This document shows, one piece after another, positions 61,506 through 64,000 of a stretch of DNA of 64,000 nt. Origin of the DNA: an uncultured Acidobacteriota bacterium. Its GTDB lineage: Bacteria; Acidobacteriota; Terriglobia; UBA7540. The notes beneath the pieces are model-generated. The model worked only from the letters and a program-made list of their open reading frames with translations. It was not told where the DNA came from and made no database searches. Within the stretch, counting starts at the first letter, position 1; every line of letters starts with the position of its first letter. A program made the translations under genes and the position numbers. The stretch covers positions 1-64,000 of the forward strand of contig CAWDSK010000002.1 in NCBI GenBank assembly GCA_963804995.1, given 5' to 3'.

Positions 61506-62612
61506 TTAAAGCTTCAGCACCTCGTCGTATACCTTGAGCGTCTCTTGAGCAGTACGCCGCCAGGAAAATTCCTGGACTCGCTTCAGCCCTTTGTCCACCA
61601 TGGCGGCGCGCACCTCGGCGTCTTCGACGACTCGCTTCACTTTCCCGGCGATATCCTCAGGCTCGGCAGGATTCACGTACAGGGCTGCGTCGCCACCCAC
61701 TTCCGGAAGTGCGGAGGTGTTCGCAGCCACCACCGGCAGGCCATTTGCCATGGCCTCCAGCACTGGAAGACCAAAGCCCTCCTCAAGCGATGGAAAAAGG
61801 AAAACATCCGCAGCTTGATAGAAAGCCGGCAGCATTTGCGCCTCAACGTGCCCGAAAAGCGCCACACGCGAGTGCAGGCCGTGCTGGCGGATGTACTCGT
61901 GGATGGCTTCGCTTCCATGGCCGTTGCCCCCCACGAGCACAAGCTTGTAGGTTTCAGGCAACGTCTTGAGAGCTTTCAAAACATTGATGATGTTTTTCCG
62001 GGTCTGCAAGACACCCACGTTCAGGATCATGGTCTGCCCGGGACCTACCAGGCGGTCTCGCTCGCGGCGGCGCTCCTCCAGGTTCATTATTCGTGCTGGC
62101 AACTCAACCCCTTCGGCGACTACCCGAATCTTTTCCCGTGCGATTCCCACTTGCAGGACCAGTTGCTCCCCAGTGTAAGTCGATGGAGTGATGATGCGCG
62201 CCGCACGGTGAGCTGCCTGGATCAACAGCGCGGCAAATTTCCGCTGAAACTCCGGCGTCGAATAATCGCGTCCCGTGACCGGGAAAAGGTCGTGGATCGT
62301 TACGATCTCTTTCTTGAAATGGAAGGCAGGAGGCCGCTGCGCCAGGCTGTGAAACAGCTCGGCCTGCCAGGGCAGCCAGAACGTCAACGGTTCCTGAAAT
62401 AGTCGAACGGCAAAGGTGGGCCCGGCCTCTCCGACGCTCCGCGTGCGGAGGAACTGTCGCCGCCGGCTCCAACGCGAGAGCCGGTAACAGATCAAAAATC
62501 GATGCTGAGTATCGAGCTCCGCAAGTGTCTCGACGAGCTTTCGGGAGTAGACAGCGATGCCGGAGGGCTGCGGGTCTACGGTGTAGGTTGCATCCAGCGC
62601 GATTGTCGCCAT
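61506..62612 (-). CDS. Glycosyltransferase family 4
   Basis: TIHDL, RKN and FPSLEEGFGLPVLEAMA motifs. Confidence 0.92.
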   Translation of the reverse strand: MATIALDATYTVDPQPSGIAVYSRKLVETLAELDTQHRFLICYRLSRWSRRRQFLRTRSVGEAGPTFAVRLFQEPLTFWLPWQAELFHSLAQRPPAFHFKKEIVTIHDLFPVTGRDYSTPEFQRKFAALLIQAAHRAARIITPSTYTGEQLVLQVGIAREKIRVVAEGVELPARIMNLEERRRERDRLVGPGQTMILNVGVLQTRKNIINVLKALKTLPETYKLVLVGGNGHGSEAIHEYIRQHGLHSRVALFGHVEAQMLPAFYQAADVFLFPSLEEGFGLPVLEAMANGLPVVAANTSALPEVGGDAALYVNPAEPEDIAGKVKRVVEDAEVRAAMVDKGLKRVQEFSWRRTAQETLKVYDEVLKL

Positions 62613-62834
62613 CGTTAGGATGACCTCTGGGGTTCAAGCTCTGGAAGTCGCCAATGAATCCTAGCGTGAAAACGCCGCGATGTCGAACCTCGATCGTTAA
62701 GCGAACGAGCCCACGTCGATTTGAAATTCATTTCCCAACCACGCCGGTTCTTCACAGCTTGCGGCTATTCTTACCTCTGTGTTAACTTCGTAGGTTTAAG
62801 GGTTCGAAGGATTTCCGGGTGAGCAGAGGTAAGG

Positions 62835-63395
62835 ATGATTCTTACCCTAGCGGGGCGCGCGCCGCGCATCGCCACGACGGCCTATATCGCCCCCAGCGCC
62901 GATGTCATCGGTAACGTCGAAATCGGCGAGAGCTCTAGTGTGTGGTTCCAATGCGTACTCCGCGGGGATATTGAGCCCATCCGTATCGGTGCGAACAGTA
63001 ATATCCAGGACGGGAGCGTTGTCCATACTCGGAAGGGCGCGCCGGTAGTCGTGGGAGATTGGGTCACCGTCGGTCATCGCGTGGTGCTGCACGGGTGCAC
63101 GGTTGAGAATCACTGTTTGATCGGAATGGGTGCGGTGGTGCTCAATCATGTGCATGTGGGTGAAGGCTCGATTGTAGCTGCCGGCGCCGTGGTGGCTGAG
63201 AAGACGGTGATCCCACCGCACAGTCTCTACATGGGCGTGCCCGCCAAGCGCCGGCGCGGGTTGGCCAAGACCGAACAAGTTTTTATTGATATGCATGCTG
63301 TTAACTATTTGCGGCACTCAGGTAACTATCTGACGAATGCGGCTGAGGTGCTCCCGGCTGACCCGGACGGCCCAAGAAAGCCAGGGAATTCTTAG
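62835..63395 (+). CDS. Gamma carbonic anhydrase family protein
   Basis: Hexapeptide repeats, LRGD, NIQDG, VGH and LHGC. Confidence 0.9.
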   Translation: MILTLAGRAPRIATTAYIAPSADVIGNVEIGESSSVWFQCVLRGDIEPIRIGANSNIQDGSVVHTRKGAPVVVGDWVTVGHRVVLHGCTVENHCLIGMGAVVLNHVHVGEGSIVAAGAVVAEKTVIPPHSLYMGVPAKRRRGLAKTEQVFIDMHAVNYLRHSGNYLTNAAEVLPADPDGPRKPGNS

Positions 63396-63426
63396 GTCTA
63401 CACTGTAAGCTGCAGTTATCAACCCC

Positions 63427-64000
63427 ATGTCAAACAGGGTCGAACCAATCCGTTCTGTGAAGGGGACGCGCGACCTCATGCCCCCCGACACCCATCTCTG
63501 GCAGCAGGTTGAGGCCGAGGCCCATCGGGTGTTTGCCGCGTATCACTACGGCGAAATCCGTACGCCAATCTTGGAAGAGACGGCGCTCTTCGCGCGGGGC
63601 GTGGGAACTGACACGGACATTGTTATGAAGGAGATGTACACCTTCCGTGACCGCGACGAGGAAACGCTTACGCTGCGCCCGGAAGCCACGGCTTCCGTGG
63701 TACGCGCCTACATCGAGCATACCCTCTATAACCAAGGTGGGATTCACAAGCTTTACTACCTTGGTCCCATGTTCCGCCGCGAGCGCCCGCAGAAGGGACG
63801 CTACCGCCAGTTCTACCAGATCGGCGCGGAGGTTCTGGGATCCCAAAACCCGCTCGTTGACGTTGAGGTTCTGGAGATGCTCGTCCTGTTCCTGGAGCGC
63901 GTGGGCATTCGCGAGTATCAACTCCTGCTCAATTCCGTGGGCTGCCCCAAGTGCCGCGCCGCGTACCTGGACGTGTTGCGGCAGGCGCTCCAAGAGGTTA
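63427..64000 (+). CDS. hisS: Histidine--tRNA ligase (partial, runs off the window)
   Basis: VKGTRD, EIRTPILE, KEMYTF, TLRPEATAS and GPMFRRERPQKGRYRQFYQIG motifs. Confidence 0.95.
   Translation, partial: MSNRVEPIRSVKGTRDLMPPDTHLWQQVEAEAHRVFAAYHYGEIRTPILEETALFARGVGTDTDIVMKEMYTFRDRDEETLTLRPEATASVVRAYIEHTLYNQGGIHKLYYLGPMFRRERPQKGRYRQFYQIGAEVLGSQNPLVDVEVLEMLVLFLERVGIREYQLLLNSVGCPKCRAAYLDVLRQALQEV

Overview
GC-rich bacterial chromosomal segment. Gene content and intergenic repeat style suggest an Acidobacteriota (Terriglobia-like) genome; this is an inference. It carries housekeeping and metabolic genes: dnaK-dnaJ-hspR with a HAIR-like operator, a DnaC-like ATPase, suhB, a moaD-moaE fusion, aguA/aguB, an ABC-2 system and the start of hisS. 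It also encodes several Tat-exported sugar-type enzymes, two convergent very large multiheme c / cytochrome b fusion proteins (19 and 13 CxxCH motifs), a DcaP-like porin, and a divergent FGE-fold / TPR gene pair that share an unnamed N-terminal repeat domain. The mobile load is heavy. It includes the 5' end of a group II intron inserted in a REP hairpin, two inverted IS5-family copies, and one IS1634 inside an ABAB ~322-bp tandem array. There is also a tandem ISKra4 pair with a triplicated target site, two stacked CTAG-flanked MITEs, and a GxxExxY nuclease gene bracketed by its own hairpin repeats. Several REP-like and heptamer repeat families occur between genes. About eight genes have 1-2 nt frameshifts, mostly at TTC/GAA, which look like sequencing artefacts. 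No rRNA, tRNA or CRISPR array was seen.
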